Shown here: piece after piece, positions 12,560 to 25,878 of the stretch
How the letters are laid out: the number at the start of each line of letters is the position of its first letter
Numbering within the stretch: position 1 is the first letter of the stretch
Assembly: GCA_965287045.1 (NCBI GenBank)
Contig: OZ336877.1
Span: forward strand, 8,122,001 to 8,186,000
Length of the DNA: 64,000 nt
Origin: Carcharhinus amblyrhynchos
Taxonomy: Eukaryota
Direction: 5' to 3'
The notes under the pieces: generated by a model
What the model was told of the DNA's origin: nothing
The model's database searches: none
The model's input: only the letters and a program-made list of their open reading frames with translations
Program-made: the position numbers and the translations under genes

Positions 12560-13890
12560 TTCTTAGAATACAATGAAACCATTCCAAAGATGGCTCCGCA
12601 GAACCATAATGAGACAATAATAGGTACCAAGCCAAAGCAGGCAACATCAGGACAGGAGACCAGGAACCTGATCACAGGAGCCCATTTTAAGGACCAAAGG
12701 GAGAGAGTGAGGGAGGGACTTGGAGAAATCCAAGGGGTGGAGGGAATTCCAGAGATTAGGGCCTCAGCAAAGGAAGTCGTGACTTTGCCTGCTGCTATGG
12801 ATGAGTTGGAGAAGCACAGAAATCCAGAGATGGAAGACCAGAAGGTGTTTTTGAGGGGCAGAGGGCACGGTTTGGCAACTGTAAGAGTACAGAAGTAGGA
12901 AGAGGCGAGGACACGAAGGACCTTAAAAAAAGGATGAGAATTCTAAACTGAAGAATTTAGGGACTGAGTTAATTTTGGGCATTGAGCGCAGGGGTGATAG
13001 GAATGTGGATCTTGGTGAGTTAGTATTTGGGCAGCAGAGGTTTGGAAGAGCTGGAGTTCACATGGAAAATACAAATTTGGCCAGGACATCACTGAAATAG
13101 TTGAGTCTAAAAATTAATGATTGAGCAGCAGATGAGGGGTGAGGTTATGGAGATGGAATTAGGCACTCTCTGAGATGGAGAGTATATGCGATCTGAAGTT
13201 CAGCATTGAATAAACTGTGAAGATTGTAAAGCACCTGGTTCAATACGACACAGTGATTGGACAAGGGGAAAGGATCAATGAGAAGGGAACAGGACAGTGG
13301 TGGGGCTGAAGATTATGACTTTTTAAATCTCCCTCATGTTGAACTAGAAGAAATTGAGATCAAGACCAGATGTTAAGCAAGTAAAAAGACAATAGAAACA
13401 ATGGAGGCATCATGAGAAATGGTAGAGACAGTGCTGGGATTTTATTGGCAGACTTGTGTAAACTGGCCGCATGGCTTTAGATGATATCCTCAAGGGGCAG
13501 CATCTGGCTGAGGAACTGGAGGGACCAAGGACAGATTCTTGGGGGGGCTCCAGAAATGACAGCACAGTGGAGTTTGAGGAGCTATTTGTGGAGATTCTGT
13601 GGCTGTGATGGGTAGATAAGAACGGAATCAAGGGTAGTCCAATGATACTAGATAATGGGGGAGGATAGTTGGATTAACTGCATCATAATTTGCAGACAGA
13701 TTGAGAAGGCTAGGAGGAGTGCATCATGACCACAATCACTTCGAATGTCATTTGTACCTTTGATTAGGGCTGTTTCATGCTATCGAAGGGACAAAAATGT
13801 GATTGGAGAGTTTTAAGCATGGAGTTACATGAACAATGGGCATGGATTTCAAAGACAACCTCTTCAAGGACTCGAGTGTAAAAGGGAGAT
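12560..13890 (-). mobile_element. L2-clade LINE fragment
   Basis: Minus strand encodes PQESVLGP (GVPQGSVLGP RT motif) near 13530-13550; resembles the reverse complement of the L2 copies at 400-1035 and 50230-51650. Confidence 0.7.
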
Positions 13891-14154
13891 TGGAGGTGTG
13901 GCAAGTGTGTGTATTATGATCCCAGCTGATTTTACTACTGGACGGTCAGGTTTCATACAGAACCCTGGCTCAACAGACCATGATTTTTATTTTTTGTTTA
14001 GAGATATGGATGAACAGAGTCACAGATCTGCCTATTAACTTTTTACAAAAGAATAAAACATTTGCTAAACATGAAAAAATTGACTATCATTCAGTACTCG
14101 TTCACCTCACTGATATCTTCACAATGACAGACTTTAAGGATAGCACAAACCTTT

Positions 14155-15282
14155 AATAAAGTTCCACATGGGAGATTTGTAAAGAAGATAAATTCATATG
14201 GGATAACAGGTAATTTAATAGTGGTTCAAAATTGACGCAGTTGTAGGAGATAGAGGGTAATGACACAAGGCTGCTTTAGTGACTGGAAGTCAGTATCTAG
14301 GACACAGAGATCTGTGTTGGGCTCCTATAATTCATCATTTATATAGATGACTTTGATGATTAAGTTGGGGATAGAATTGGTTGGTTTGTGGATTACACAA
14401 AGATTGGACGGGTGGTTAACAGAGAGGCAGATGACTTGGGCTACAAGAAAATATAGATGGAATGGCCAAGTGGGCAGATAAGTGGCAGATGGAATTTAAC
14501 CCTGAGAAGTGTGAGGTGATACACTTTGGGAGGAGTAATTTGACGAGAAAGTATTCAATGAACGGTTGGACGCTTGGAATTTCTGTGGAACAAAAGGGAC
14601 CTTGGCGTCTTTGCCCACAGATCTCTGAAAGCAGAAGGGCATGTTAGTAGGGTGACTAAAAAGGTATATGGGGCACTTGCCTTTATCAATTGAGGCATAG
14701 ATTACAAAAGCAGGGAAGTCATTTTAGAGTTGTATAGAACTTTGGTGAGGTCACAGCTAGACTACTGTGTGCAGTTTTGGTCATCACATTATCGGAAGGA
14801 TGTGATTGCAGTGGAGGGGGTGCAGAGGGGATTCACCAGAATGCTGCCTGGGATGGAGCACTGAAGTTAAGAGAGGTTGTGTAGGCTTGGGTTGTTCACA
14901 TTGGAGCAGAGAAGATTGAGGGACATCCCGATCGAGGGGTACAAGTTTATGTACAAGAGTGCAGAAGGAGCAGCTATTCTCCTTAGTTGAAGGGTCAGTC
15001 ACGAAGGGACATAGGTTCATGCTGACAGGCAGGAGGTTTGGGGGGATGTGAGGAACAATCTTTTTACCCAGAGGGTGGTGACGGTCTGGAATGCTGCCTG
15101 GAAAGTGGCAGAAGTGGGTTGCCTCACATCCTTTAGAAAATATCTGGATGAGCACTTGGCACTTCATAACATTCAGGGCTATGGGCCAAGTGCTGGCAGA
15201 TGGGATAAGGGAGGAATTAAGGTGTTTCTAATGCATCGATGCATTAGGGCCTCTTCTGTGCTGTATGATGTTATGATTCTAA
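14155..15282 (+). mobile_element. CR1 (HER1-like) LINE, RT 3' part and tail
   Basis: KWADKWQMEFNPEKCEVIHFGRSN and FTQRVVTVWNA motifs; tail gggcctcttctgtgctgtatgatgttatgattcta resembles the HE1 SINE tail. Confidence 0.9.
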
Positions 15283-16288
15283 TATTTTCGTCAAGCAGAC
15301 AGTCCATGTGAACTAACAGGCTAACTGTGGCCAGGCACACCACACTCTGAAACCAAGTGGCAGATGCCACTCAATACAGCTCTCGTGGATTTCTCATCAA
15401 ATCCTCCCCCGTTGCTTGTCTCTCCCTGTGAATCAACTGGTCTCACTGGAATTGACTTCCACATGGCTGTTTCCAACTCTACTCTCAAAGAACACGCCTT
15501 AGAGTCTTCTCCCAAACAACTCTCTCTCTCGGATGCCTTCACCAAGGATCTATGCCAAGGATTTCAATTTCTTCTTTCAGTATTCCTCTGCTTTGAACTT
15601 CCATGTGTGTTTAAGCTTCTACACAACCTCTCAGCTACACAGCCATGCCAATCACAGGATGTTTTCAGGTGTCACCAACCTTAGTATTACTTTAGATGTC
15701 TGACTTATCATTAGCCAATTTACCCAGCTCTTAACCTTACAGCTCTATCTTTAATTTCACTGAAAAATACCCTGTTCAGATTCCAGTTCTTTGTCCCTTT
15801 GACTTCAGTTTTCCTGGGACTCTTCTTTTTATCCCCTGGTTTCTAGAATATCTGTTGTTTGGCTTCTGGGACTTGCTGCTCCATACTCCATTGCACCCTG
15901 CCTCTCTGTTGACAGTTTCTGTGAGGCTGCTTTCTTCTCAAGTACCTGGTTCCAACTGAACCACAACTGCTTATGCTTTTCAGCCTGGGTCCCTGGTTGC
16001 TAAGCATCAACCTAGTCTTTCTTTAAACTCTATTTGTCTTCACACTGTGAACCCTTTAATTATAACGGAGGTAAAATTTGAAATTAAACTAAAAACCCAA
16101 AGACACGCAGGCACCTTTGTTTACCATGAAGCTAATTAAAGTCTTAACCCTTTCTTATCTAGAAAGGCAACATTAAACTTACTTAAAGCTATACCATATT
16201 TCTAGAATTAACTTCTAATATTCGCAAATTCACAATGAAAGGTCAGCAAACTGTCTAAATTACTAATGGTTTAACACTATTTACATAC

Positions 16289-16429
16289 GTGGCTTGTCAA
16301 TGGAATGGGAAATGAGGTCCTCCCACAGTTCAGCATCATCCTGCTCCTTGGCAAACTCAATGGCTTTGTCTACGTCTTGCAGCTCCTCAGTTATCATTTG
16401 GAGTGCTCGCCGACTATTACCCATTCTAC
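16289..16429 (-). CDS. VPS41: VPS41 exon (~24), 141 bp: (S)RMGNSRRALQMITEELQDVDKAIEFAKEQDDAELWEDLISHSIDKP(P)
   Basis: cag|GT AGA...CCAC|gtatgt; phase 1 to 1. Confidence 0.96.
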
Positions 16430-16769
16430 CTGCATGGGAAAAGAAAGCATTAGACTTCAGTTGTGGAGAGGTGCAATCACTAATCCCTAAATGTTATTAA
16501 TTCTGCTCCAATAGAAATGACAGTGGGGTAGATTTTAAAACTTTTAACACTGGGAGGAAAATAGGTGATATCAGATTGAGCTCCCACTCCCATTTACACC
16601 CCAGTTTGATTTTTCTTTCTACTGATTTCAAAGGGAAAAAAAAACAAAAAAGCCAAGGATGTGAGATGACCTTCTCTCTAACACAAGATATTCTGAGTAT
16701 TCTTCCAGCTTTCTAAGTTACTCCCCACCTTAATATTCAGAGACTTGGTGACTTTTACGACAAGAACCA

Positions 16770-17064
16770 GGCTGGCACAGTGGTTAGCACTGCTGCCGCA
16801 CAGCACCAGAGACCCAGGTTCAACTCCCAGTTTGGGTCACTGTCGGTGCGGAGTCTACATGTTCTCCTGTGTCTACACAGGTTTCCTCCGGATGCCCCAC
16901 TTTCCTCCCACAGTCCGAAAGACGTGCTGGTTAGGTGCACTGGCCACGCTAAATTCTCCCTCAGTGCACCAAATAGGCACCAGAATGTGGCGACTAGGGG
17001 GATTTTCACAGTAACTTCACTGCAGTGTTAATGTAAGCTTACTTGTGACTAATAAACTTCAACT
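16770..17064 (+). mobile_element. V-SINE, tail type B
   Basis: Head ggcacagtggttagcactgctgcc...ggttcaactccc; V core; tail ttttcacagtaacttcactgcagtgttaatgtaagcttacttgtgactaataaactt. Confidence 0.88.
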
Positions 17065-17671
17065 TGAGATGTTTGCATAACTGAATTAGTGAAGGACATT
17101 TTCACTGATGGTCTGCAAATCCTATTAAAGAATGTGTCTAATCTGGTACTCAAACTTCACAGCTCCAAAATGGACAGTTAAATAATTAATTCCTCTGGGT
17201 GTGTAAATGGAAAATGGATTCGTCAATTTGAGGTGGCACATTATGGTGGTAGAAATAAAGAGGCCATGTGCTCCTGGGCAAATAACAACCCAAGCTGCAA
17301 AGAGCTGCAAAAGGATCAAGGGTTACAGGTACACAAATCATTACAGGTATCAAATAAAAACAGAAAATACTGGAAACACTCAGCAGCTCTGGCAGTTTCA
17401 TTGGAAAGAATAGAGGAACTTGTATCAGGTGGTTGGCAGCTCTCTGGAGGAGGATGGTGGGATTTCCTTCCCACATGAAGGTGCTGGTCTGTCTCCAGCT
17501 AATTAATGAGACATTAAGAAGCTGTGGGGCAGTCATTGGGAGGAGGTCTAAGCACCCCACTGACTGTTCCAGTGATGGGATTACATTTATGCCCATATTA
17601 CAAAAAGATTATGGAAGCACAGGAGAAAAAGCAAAATGAGAGAGGATGTAATTATCAGGACAAGATTGAAC

Positions 17672-17967
17672 AGTGTGGTTAGCACTGCTGCTGCACAGCA
17701 GCAGGGACCCAGGTTCAATTCCCAGTTCGGGTCACTGTCTGTGCGGAGTCTATATGTTCTCCTGTCTGCGTGGGCTTCCTCTGGTGCTCCGGTTCCCTCC
17801 CACAGTCTGAAAGACGTGCTGGTTAGGCGTACTGGCCATGCTAAATTCTCCCTCCGTGTAACTGAAGAGGTGCCAGAATGTGGCGACTTGAGGATTTTCA
17901 CAGTAACTTCATTGCATTGGTAATGTAAGCTTACTTATAACACTAATAAATAAACTTTAAACTTAAA
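17672..17967 (+). mobile_element. V-SINE, tail type B
   Basis: Same architecture as the 16770 copy. Confidence 0.88.
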
Positions 17968-18509
17968 CATTATCAATGTGTGTATTTATTGTCCTGTTTT
18001 GATATTTCTGAAGTCAATGTGTACAGAAAGACAGTAGAGGGCACTGTTTACCATAAAATCAAACACAATCGCGATGCTCTCAGATTTCAAAAAAATGCTT
18101 TTCCTTTTAGGCAGAAATTACAATAAACCTTCATTTTATCAATAACATTTTATCAGCTTTTGAGATTAATCTTGCAAAATTTCTGGATATGAGATTAGAG
18201 AAATGAATGGGTGACTCAAATAGTGGTGTGGATTAACTGATTGCGGTTTGTGAATTGTTGCTCGTCCCAGATCAATGGGCCAAACAGCCTCCTTCTTCAC
18301 TGTAGGGATTTTGTGATTCTGGGGAATTTCAAACTGAATAGCAGAGGCAAGAGATCAAACTTAGGAAGATGTGGTAAACCAAGAAGGCAAGAAAGATACA
18401 AGCACGGAAAATAATAAACAGACCACGAGAAGAAGGAACAGAGAGGAAGGACAATTCTAAGGGCAGATCAACAAATAAAGCTAGATGCAACACAAATAAT
18501 AAAAGGATG

Positions 18510-19790
18510 AAACTAAAGACTCTGTATCTAAACATATGTAGCATTCAAAACAAAAGAGATGGACTGATTCGTTAAATAGAAATGAATAAACATGATCTGA
18601 TAGCCATTACGGAGACAGGGCTATATGGCGATGGAGATTAGACACCAGAATATTAAATGGTACGTGGCATTTAGGAAGGACAGGATGCTTGGAAAAGTTG
18701 GAGGAATGGCTCTGTGAATTAAAGATGGTATTAGCACAACAGAGAGGGATGGCCTAAATTCAAAGAACCACGAGGTATAATCAGTTTGGATTGAGAGGAG
18801 AAATGATAAAGGCAAGAAATCACTTGTGGGAGTGGTGTACAGGCCTCCCTAACAGTAACCAGACAGAAGGATATAGTTATAAAAGAAGAGATAATGGGAA
18901 CATGTCAGAAAGGTAGTGATAATCAAGGGTATTTTAATCTACACATAGACTGGGAAAAAACAAATGGGCAACGATAATTTAGATAAGCAGTTGACAGAAT
19001 ATTCTCAGGAAAGTTTTTTTTTAGTACAACACGTTCTGCAACCAACCAAAGAGTGCATTATACTAGGCCTGGTATCGCGCATTGAGGAAGTATTAATTGA
19101 TAACCTCATGGCAAAGATATCTCTTGGTAGCAGCGATCGTAATAAGCTTGAATTTTACATTCAGTTTGAAGGACAGAAGAGTGTTTCAGAGACTCATTTT
19201 AAAATTAACTAAGGGCAATTATAAGGGCATGAAAGCAGAACTGGGAAACAAGATTAAGGAATAGATCAGTCGCGATGCAGTGGCAGACATTTAAACAGAT
19301 ATTTTAGAGTACATAGAATAGATACATTCTAATGAGAAAGAAATATTCCAAGGGGAGGACTCCTTAACCAATAAAGTTAAAAACAGTATCAAACTTAAAG
19401 AGAAAGCATATAATTGGGATAAAGACAGGTGGTAGATCAGATGATTTGACAGAATATAAAAAATAGCAAAGAACAACAATAAGATTAATAAGGAGGGAAA
19501 AATTAGAGTATGAGAGAAAGATGGTTAGAAATATTAAGATGGATAGTAAGAGTTTCTATGGTATTTAAATAAGAACTGAACAGGTATTTTACTTCACCAT
19601 GGACAATACACGTAGCATACAAGAACTAGCCATAAACAAAGGGATGGGAGGGAGAAACTCAGAAAAAAGTACAATCACCAGGGAAGTGGCATTGAGCAAA
19701 TCTTTGGGTCTCCAGCTGACAAATTCGTGGTTTCAGATGGGCTTCAATTCTTGGGTTTGAAAAGAAGTTGTAAGTGGGAAAACCTGAATA
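18510..19790 (+). mobile_element. CR1 LINE ORF2 endonuclease/tether region, decayed
   Basis: ctgtatctaaacatatgtagcattcaaaacaaa (LYLNxxSIxNK), atagccattacggagaca (IAITET), gtggtgtacaggcctccc (VVYRPP), LGSSDxN motif. Confidence 0.8.
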
Positions 19791-20681
19791 GGTTGGTAAG
19801 ATTTTTAAACTTGAATATTAAGACACTGACAGAACTGCCAGTATTAATTAAATGACTTTTGAAACAAGTTTATAAGTTAACAAGAAAGCAGTTTACACAT
19901 GATACTGTAAGATATTTAGAGAAGTGATTATGATCTTAATACATATATGCTGATATTATGAATGTATGAGTGTTTTTTTTATATTGTTCATTTTAGCTGA
20001 AAGCAATTTGCTGCAAAACATCATGGTAAAAGGCATTAGGGCAAAGCCATATTCCAAGAGAATGTTCAAATCTTGAGAATATGCCAGATTTATCAGTAAA
20101 GTTTTAGGCAGAGATAGCATTTAGAACATTTAATCACATTTCATGAATAGAGTTTATTCACTGTCCAGACAAGATGGATGTGTATCCAGATGTGGAGTCA
20201 TGTGTTAATATATTTGGCAGTGACTTTTAAGGGAAGTCATGGGAACATTCATTTGAACTGATGTCTGGAGGTTACTAGGCAACACAGGAAGTGGGGTCAG
20301 CCAAGACAGGGGTTTGCTTCCGGATTATACGGACTAATAAAATGCCATTATGCCAGAGTGCAAGATGCAATTGGCTAAGGTATATGACAGGTATTATTGT
20401 TGATTTATGTGTATTGAAGATGATTGACTTAAAGCTAATGAAAGGCAGAGTAACTGATAAGAAAAATTTATAATTCGTGTATTTTGAATTGCATGCATCA
20501 GATTTCATTGGAGAGGTCTTGCTGCTCTATCTCAGAGCTGCCTTCACCCTTTGATGGTCTCCTAGCAACTGCTGGTCAAAATAAAGTTATGTCTTTAAAC
20601 TGAGACACTGGCTTCGTGAGTCTTGTATTGCCTGAAGTTAAAGCAGTACCAGCCACCTCAGTAGCCCCACCAACAGAAGTA

Positions 20682-20984
20682 GTTAAAGTTTATTTAGTGT
20701 CACAAGCAGGCTTACATTAACACTGCAATGAAGTTACTGTGAAAATCCTCTAGTCGCCACAGTCCGGCACCTCTTTTGGGTACACTGAGGGAGAATTTAT
20801 CATAGCCAATGCACCTAACCAGCACATCTTTCAGACTGTGGGAGGAAACTAGAGCATGAGTGAAACCCACGCAGACATGAGGAGAATGTGCAAACATCCA
20901 TGCAGACAGTGACCCAAGCTGGGAATCGAACCTGGGTCCCTGGTGCTGAGACACAGCAGTGCTAACAACTGTGTCACCATGCCC
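20682..20984 (-). mobile_element. V-SINE, tail type B
   Basis: Reverse complement of the 16770-type element. Confidence 0.88.
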
Positions 20985-21049
20985 TGTACGGTGTACATGG
21001 TTAAGGAGATAACTGATGAATCGGTTTGCATTTTCTAAAATCGCAGAAG

Positions 21050-21210
21050 CTCTGGTTTCCTCCCACAGTCTAAAAGATGTGCTGGTTACGTGCATGGGCC
21101 ACGCTAAATTCTCCCATAATGTACCCATACAACTGCCGGAGTGTGGCGACTAAGGGATTTTTACAGTGACTTCATTGCAGTGTTAATGTACTTGTGACAC
21201 GAATAAACTT
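21050..21210 (+). mobile_element. V-SINE, tail type B, 5'-truncated
   Basis: tctggtttcctcccacagtc...ttcattgcagtgttaatgtacttgtgacacgaataaactt. Confidence 0.85.
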
Positions 21211-21502
21211 CAAAAAAACTTTAAAACTTTACAAAAGACTTTTTTTTTATAATTAAAAGTCCCATATTTGACAAATACATAAATCTTTCCTTTTTGGCCT
21301 TGTAATGGAAGGACTGATGCTGCACACACACACACACATCTCAGAAATAACAATGCAATAAATTCTAAAACACTTGGGCTTTTCATGTTAATGGACTGTC
21401 TCTTCACTTTCAGAATGACCCACTCTGGAGAGGGACAGTTCAGCTACAGTGAGTTCTCCCCCAACCCTCACAAAACGTGCACAACAATAAATACGTTCTT
21501 AC

Positions 21503-21557
21503 TCAAGAGAAAAACGGTCTCAGCGACAAAGTTCCGTTGCTGACAAATTTCAAGGGC
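21503..21557 (-). CDS. VPS41: VPS41 exon (~23), 55 bp: ALEICQQRNFVAETVFLL(S)
   Basis: cag|GCC...TTGA|gtaaga; phase 0 to 1. Confidence 0.95.
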
Positions 21558-23188
21558 CTGTGGCAGAGAGAAAAATAATTTAAATAAGTTGTCATTTCAC
21601 CTCATTAATAATTTAGTCCTACAGAGCCTGCTTTTTTTTCCCCCGTCAGAGAAATGCTTGGGATGTTTCTACAAAGTTGCACATGTCTGCATTTTACATA
21701 CATTTAACATTGAGTTTAAAGATATTTGCTTCTTAGGAAGATTTGGTTTTGGGAATGTGTTTCACACAGAATCAAATCTGATCTTAGCTTCTCTTTGTAC
21801 TTTATAGATCCTCAGGATATGTGATGTTCCTTCTTTAACCCTGTTTTTTTAAGATTCCCAATCCTTCATTAATGCCTCTGTAAAACAGCGATTTTTAAAT
21901 GTAAATATTTCTTGGCTTTTCTATTTACTTTTCTCCAATTTCAGGTGGTCTCCAGCAAAGGTATAGCCTTGATGCTGGATAATAAGTTACTCCATATTCA
22001 GTTACAACAGTCAAATGTTTCCAGTTATTTTGTTGTGGATGGGGGAAGCCTGTCACTGGATTTAAGTCACAAACAGTCATTTTCCTTTCTTGGTGCTGGC
22101 TGTAACATTCTTTGTCACAATCCCAGTACACCACCACTAGGAAACAATACAAGAGGGAACCTTTTAATCTGTATTATTTAAGAGCTCACTCACTTACTAA
22201 ATATGAGCCTTCGCCGGTTTACAAACTGTAACACCACTTATCTCTTCTTGCAATGTGTTTCCCCTCGTAAACAAACCTTTTCACACCCAGTTTACTGAAT
22301 GGATTTGTATGGAAATTTTCAGTTTCCTAAGATAAAGAGCAAATTCTCAACTTCTGGCCCTGAATCACCTCAATGGCTAAAACAAATTGCAGTCAAATCT
22401 CCAAGTTAAGGAGGCCCCATACCCAAGTCTTGCAGGTCCATGAAAAGCACTTAACTTTGTTAAGTGATGTTCCAACCTCCCAGTGCCTTGGTATACTCCA
22501 GCTTATACAATGCCTGAGTTTATCACATCATCCAAGTAGCATCCAAACGAGAGAAAGTATTTTGAAACATTGGGGGAAATGGGGCAAGGCGAGATATTAA
22601 AGTGTAATAATCCGTCTTGTATTTCCTGTACTTTTAACAAGTAGTAATCAGAACAAAAGCCAAAGCAGATATTAGGAGTAACTAAAAGCTTGGCAAAGTT
22701 GTGGGCTTTATGAAGGGTTTTTAAGGAGAAGGTGATAGAGACATTTAGGGAGGAGAGTAATTCATTCTAAATAGTTGTTTATTACATTATTTTCTGCCTT
22801 TAACCTTTGGCACAAAACAAGATTTAAAGATTAAAGAACAGAGCCCAGTTGATAAAGAAACAACAAAAGAGCATAACAAAGGACAGTACTTATGATATAG
22901 GCTATTTCCTCTCCATATCCCAAACAATAGCTTTTAACATGAATATATCCTATTGTATTTATATTAGTGCATTGTGAAGACAGGTGGGCAGGGAACTGGT
23001 AATACAATAATATTATAATCACAACTAGGCAGTAGCTGAATGCCAATAAAATATAATACAACTGGACGGTGCTTGCAATAGCAGGCATTGATAGCATGGG
23101 GCAGGTGGCACAAGGCTATGTGCAGTCCCTGCTGTAGTCAAGTGCAGATCTCAGAAAGGATACCAAGACACATAAAAGAGCAATTTAC

Positions 23189-23326
23189 TTTTTCCAGTGG
23201 ACAATGGGTGCTGTCTCTTAAGAATGGCAACAGGTTTGGTCGATCATATTCGGCATACAGACTGATCTGTTGCTCGTGGAACTTCTGTCCTTTATGGTGA
23301 TCTCGCTTGAACAGGTGGTGCAAATA
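23189..23326 (-). CDS. VPS41: VPS41 exon (~22), 138 bp: YLHHLFKRDHHKGQKFHEQQISLYAEYDRPNLLPFLRDSTHCPLEK (CHCR repeat)
   Basis: cag|TAT...AAA|gtaaat; in ORF 23138..23350. Confidence 0.97.
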
Positions 23327-24009
23327 CTGTTTAAAGAAAGCACAGAGCATGGCTGAAAACAGAACTATATGACATGCTAGAGATAAACTTGAGAATAAAA
23401 TTAAATACGTTTAGCATCCATAAAATATTTTTATAATTACACCCTCCAAGGCAAACTAGTGATAAGGACATGTTCAGAAATGTTCTCTAATTCAGCTTGC
23501 AAAAAACATGCTTATGACAAAACGGGTAAGAGCTAAATACACTTAACGGGATAGAAATACCAAACTTTTAACCTTAAATTAAACTTCTGCAATTTTCTGG
23601 CTGTAATTCTGTCTGAGGATTGTTCACTTTGGCTCACATCTTATAGTCAATGGCAAAAAAATGGCATTGCTGTTGCTTTGAAGAAGGCTATTCAAAATTT
23701 TGAGTATGTTTTCCCCTCTGGCTTGATGGCATCACCACTATTAAAAATAGATTAACCAGCCACTCACTTCATTCCCATGTGCAGGACTGTGATCAGTGTG
23801 AAATGGCTACCACATTTGCCTGGATAAGACAGGGTTTAACAGTTAATTTGAAAGACAACATCTCAAAGACAATGCGGCATCGATCAAAGAAACTCCTCAG
23901 GATTTTATGTTTCAACCAGGTCATTGTTTACTCTTTTAAACTCCAATGGATACAAGACTGACAAGTCCAACCTTTTCTCATAAGGCAACTTGTCCATTCT
24001 TGGTATTAG

Positions 24010-25505
24010 TCTAGTAAACAAAGAAATGGCAGAGGAACTGAATGGTTACTTTGCATCAGTCCTCACAGTGGAAGGCACCAGTGGGATGCCAGAGCTCCAA
24101 GAGAGTCAGGGGGCACAGGTGAGTGTGGTGGCCATCACAAGGGAGGTTCTGGGGAAACTGAAAGGTCTTAAGGTGGATAAATCTGGACCGGATGGACTAC
24201 ACCCCAGGGTTCTAAAAGAGATAGCTCAGGAAATCGTGGGGACATTGGTGTTGATCTTACAGGAATCACTGGAGGTAGGGAGGGTAAACACAGTAAGAAG
24301 TCTCACACACCAGGTTAAAGTCCAACAGGTTTATTTGGTAGTAAACGCCACTAGCTTTAAGGATTTTCCCCTTCGTCAGGTGACTGGAAGCTGGTGGTGT
24401 TTACTACCAAATAATCCTGTTGGACTTTAACCTGGTGTTGTGAGACTTCTTACTGTATTTACCACAGTCCAACGCCGGCATCTCCACATCATGGCAAGGA
24501 GGATACCGGAGGACTGGAAAGTAGCTAATGTAACACCGCTGTTTAAGAGAGGAAGGCAGCAGATGGGAAATTATAAGCCTGTTAGCCTGACTTTGGTCAC
24601 TGGCAAGATTTTAGAGCTCACTATTAAAAATGAGATCGCAGAGTACTTGCAAGCGCATGTTAAAGTAGTACTGAGATAGCACAGCTTTGTCAAGGGGAGG
24701 TCATGTTGACAAATCTGTTCGTGTTCTTTGAGGAGGTAAGAAGGAAGTTAGATAAAGGAGAACCAGTGGATGTGATTTATTTAGATTTCCAGAAGGCCTT
24801 CGACAAGGTGCTGCATAGGAGACTGTTAAATAAGAGTCCATGGTGATAAGAGTAAGATCCTGGCCTGGATAGAGGATTGGAGGACTGCAGAAGGCAGAGA
24901 GTGGGGATAAAGGGGTCTTTTTCAGGATGGTAGCCGGTGACTCGTGACCCTGTGCCTCAGGGGTCAGTGCTGGGACCACAACTTTTCACGATATACATTA
25001 ACAATTTGGGGGAAGGAACTGAAGCACCATTGCTAAGTTTGCAGATGGTACAAAGATATGTAGAGAGACAGGTAGTATTGAGGAAGAAGGTGGGCTTCAG
25101 AAGGACTTGGACAGGTTAGAAGAGTGGGCAAAGAAGTGGCAGATGGACTACAATGTAGAAAAGTGTGAAGTTATGCACTTTGAGAGGAGGAATGGAGGCA
25201 TAGACTATTTTCTAAATGGGGAAGTGCTTAGGAAATTAGAACACAAAAGGACTTGGGAGTCCTTGTTCAAGACTCTCAAGGTTAACGTACAGGTTCATTC
25301 GGCAGTTAGGAAGACAACTGCAATATTTGCATTCATGTTAAGGAGGCTGGAATACAAAAGTAAGGATGTACTTCTGAGGTTATATAAGGCTCTGGTCAGA
25401 TCCAATTTGGAGCACTGTGAGCAATTTTGGGCCCATATCTAAGGATGGATGTGCTGATCTTGGAAAGGGTTCAGTGCAGATTCACAAAAATGATCCCTGG
25501 ATCTC
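24010..25505 (+). mobile_element. CR1 LINE ORF2 (RT), frameshifted, interrupted at ~24282-24493
   Basis: GPDGLHPRVLKE, PEDWKVANVTPLFK, YLDFQKAFDKV, PQGSVLGPQLFTIYIN and KCEVMHF motifs. Confidence 0.92.
24282..24493. repeat. Palindromic PLE-derived short element with a hammerhead-like core (minus strand 24349-24382), inserted in CR1
   Basis: ~60-bp inverted arms cagtaagaagtctcacacaccaggttaaagtccaacaggtttatttggtagtaaac and gtttactaccaaataatcctgttggactttaacctggtgttgtgagacttcttactg; minus-strand core CAC-CTGACGA-A-GGGGAAAATCCT-TAAA-GCTA-GTG. Confidence 0.8.
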
Positions 25506-25878
25506 TGAAAGGAAATCCGTCATGTACCAGTGCAATTGAATAGCATCTGAAGCTGTGATTTTTGAAAAAAAATTGCTTTAAAATTTTTGAAATAAGAGTG
25601 GTAACTTGGTGCAGTTTGATTCATATAGTAAAAATGGGATAATCTCCAAAAGTGTCTAGTTTGTCATGTAAGTGACCTGATTTTAAATAAGTAGGAGTTT
25701 CTGATAATTGCGCTCATGTTTGAAGTCATTTTCAATGATGGTTAATTCAATCTGGGATGGTTTTGAGGGTAGAGCCATATTCCAACATGATTCATTTCAA
25801 ACTAACCCAAGAGATTATAAAAATCTGATTTGCAGCAAGTGCTATGTGCACTTGAAAATTTTCATCTTCTATGTTTAT

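Noticed and set aside
24010-25505. Active LINE ORF2
   Set aside because: It has multiple frameshifts and stops, an internal insertion and truncated ends.
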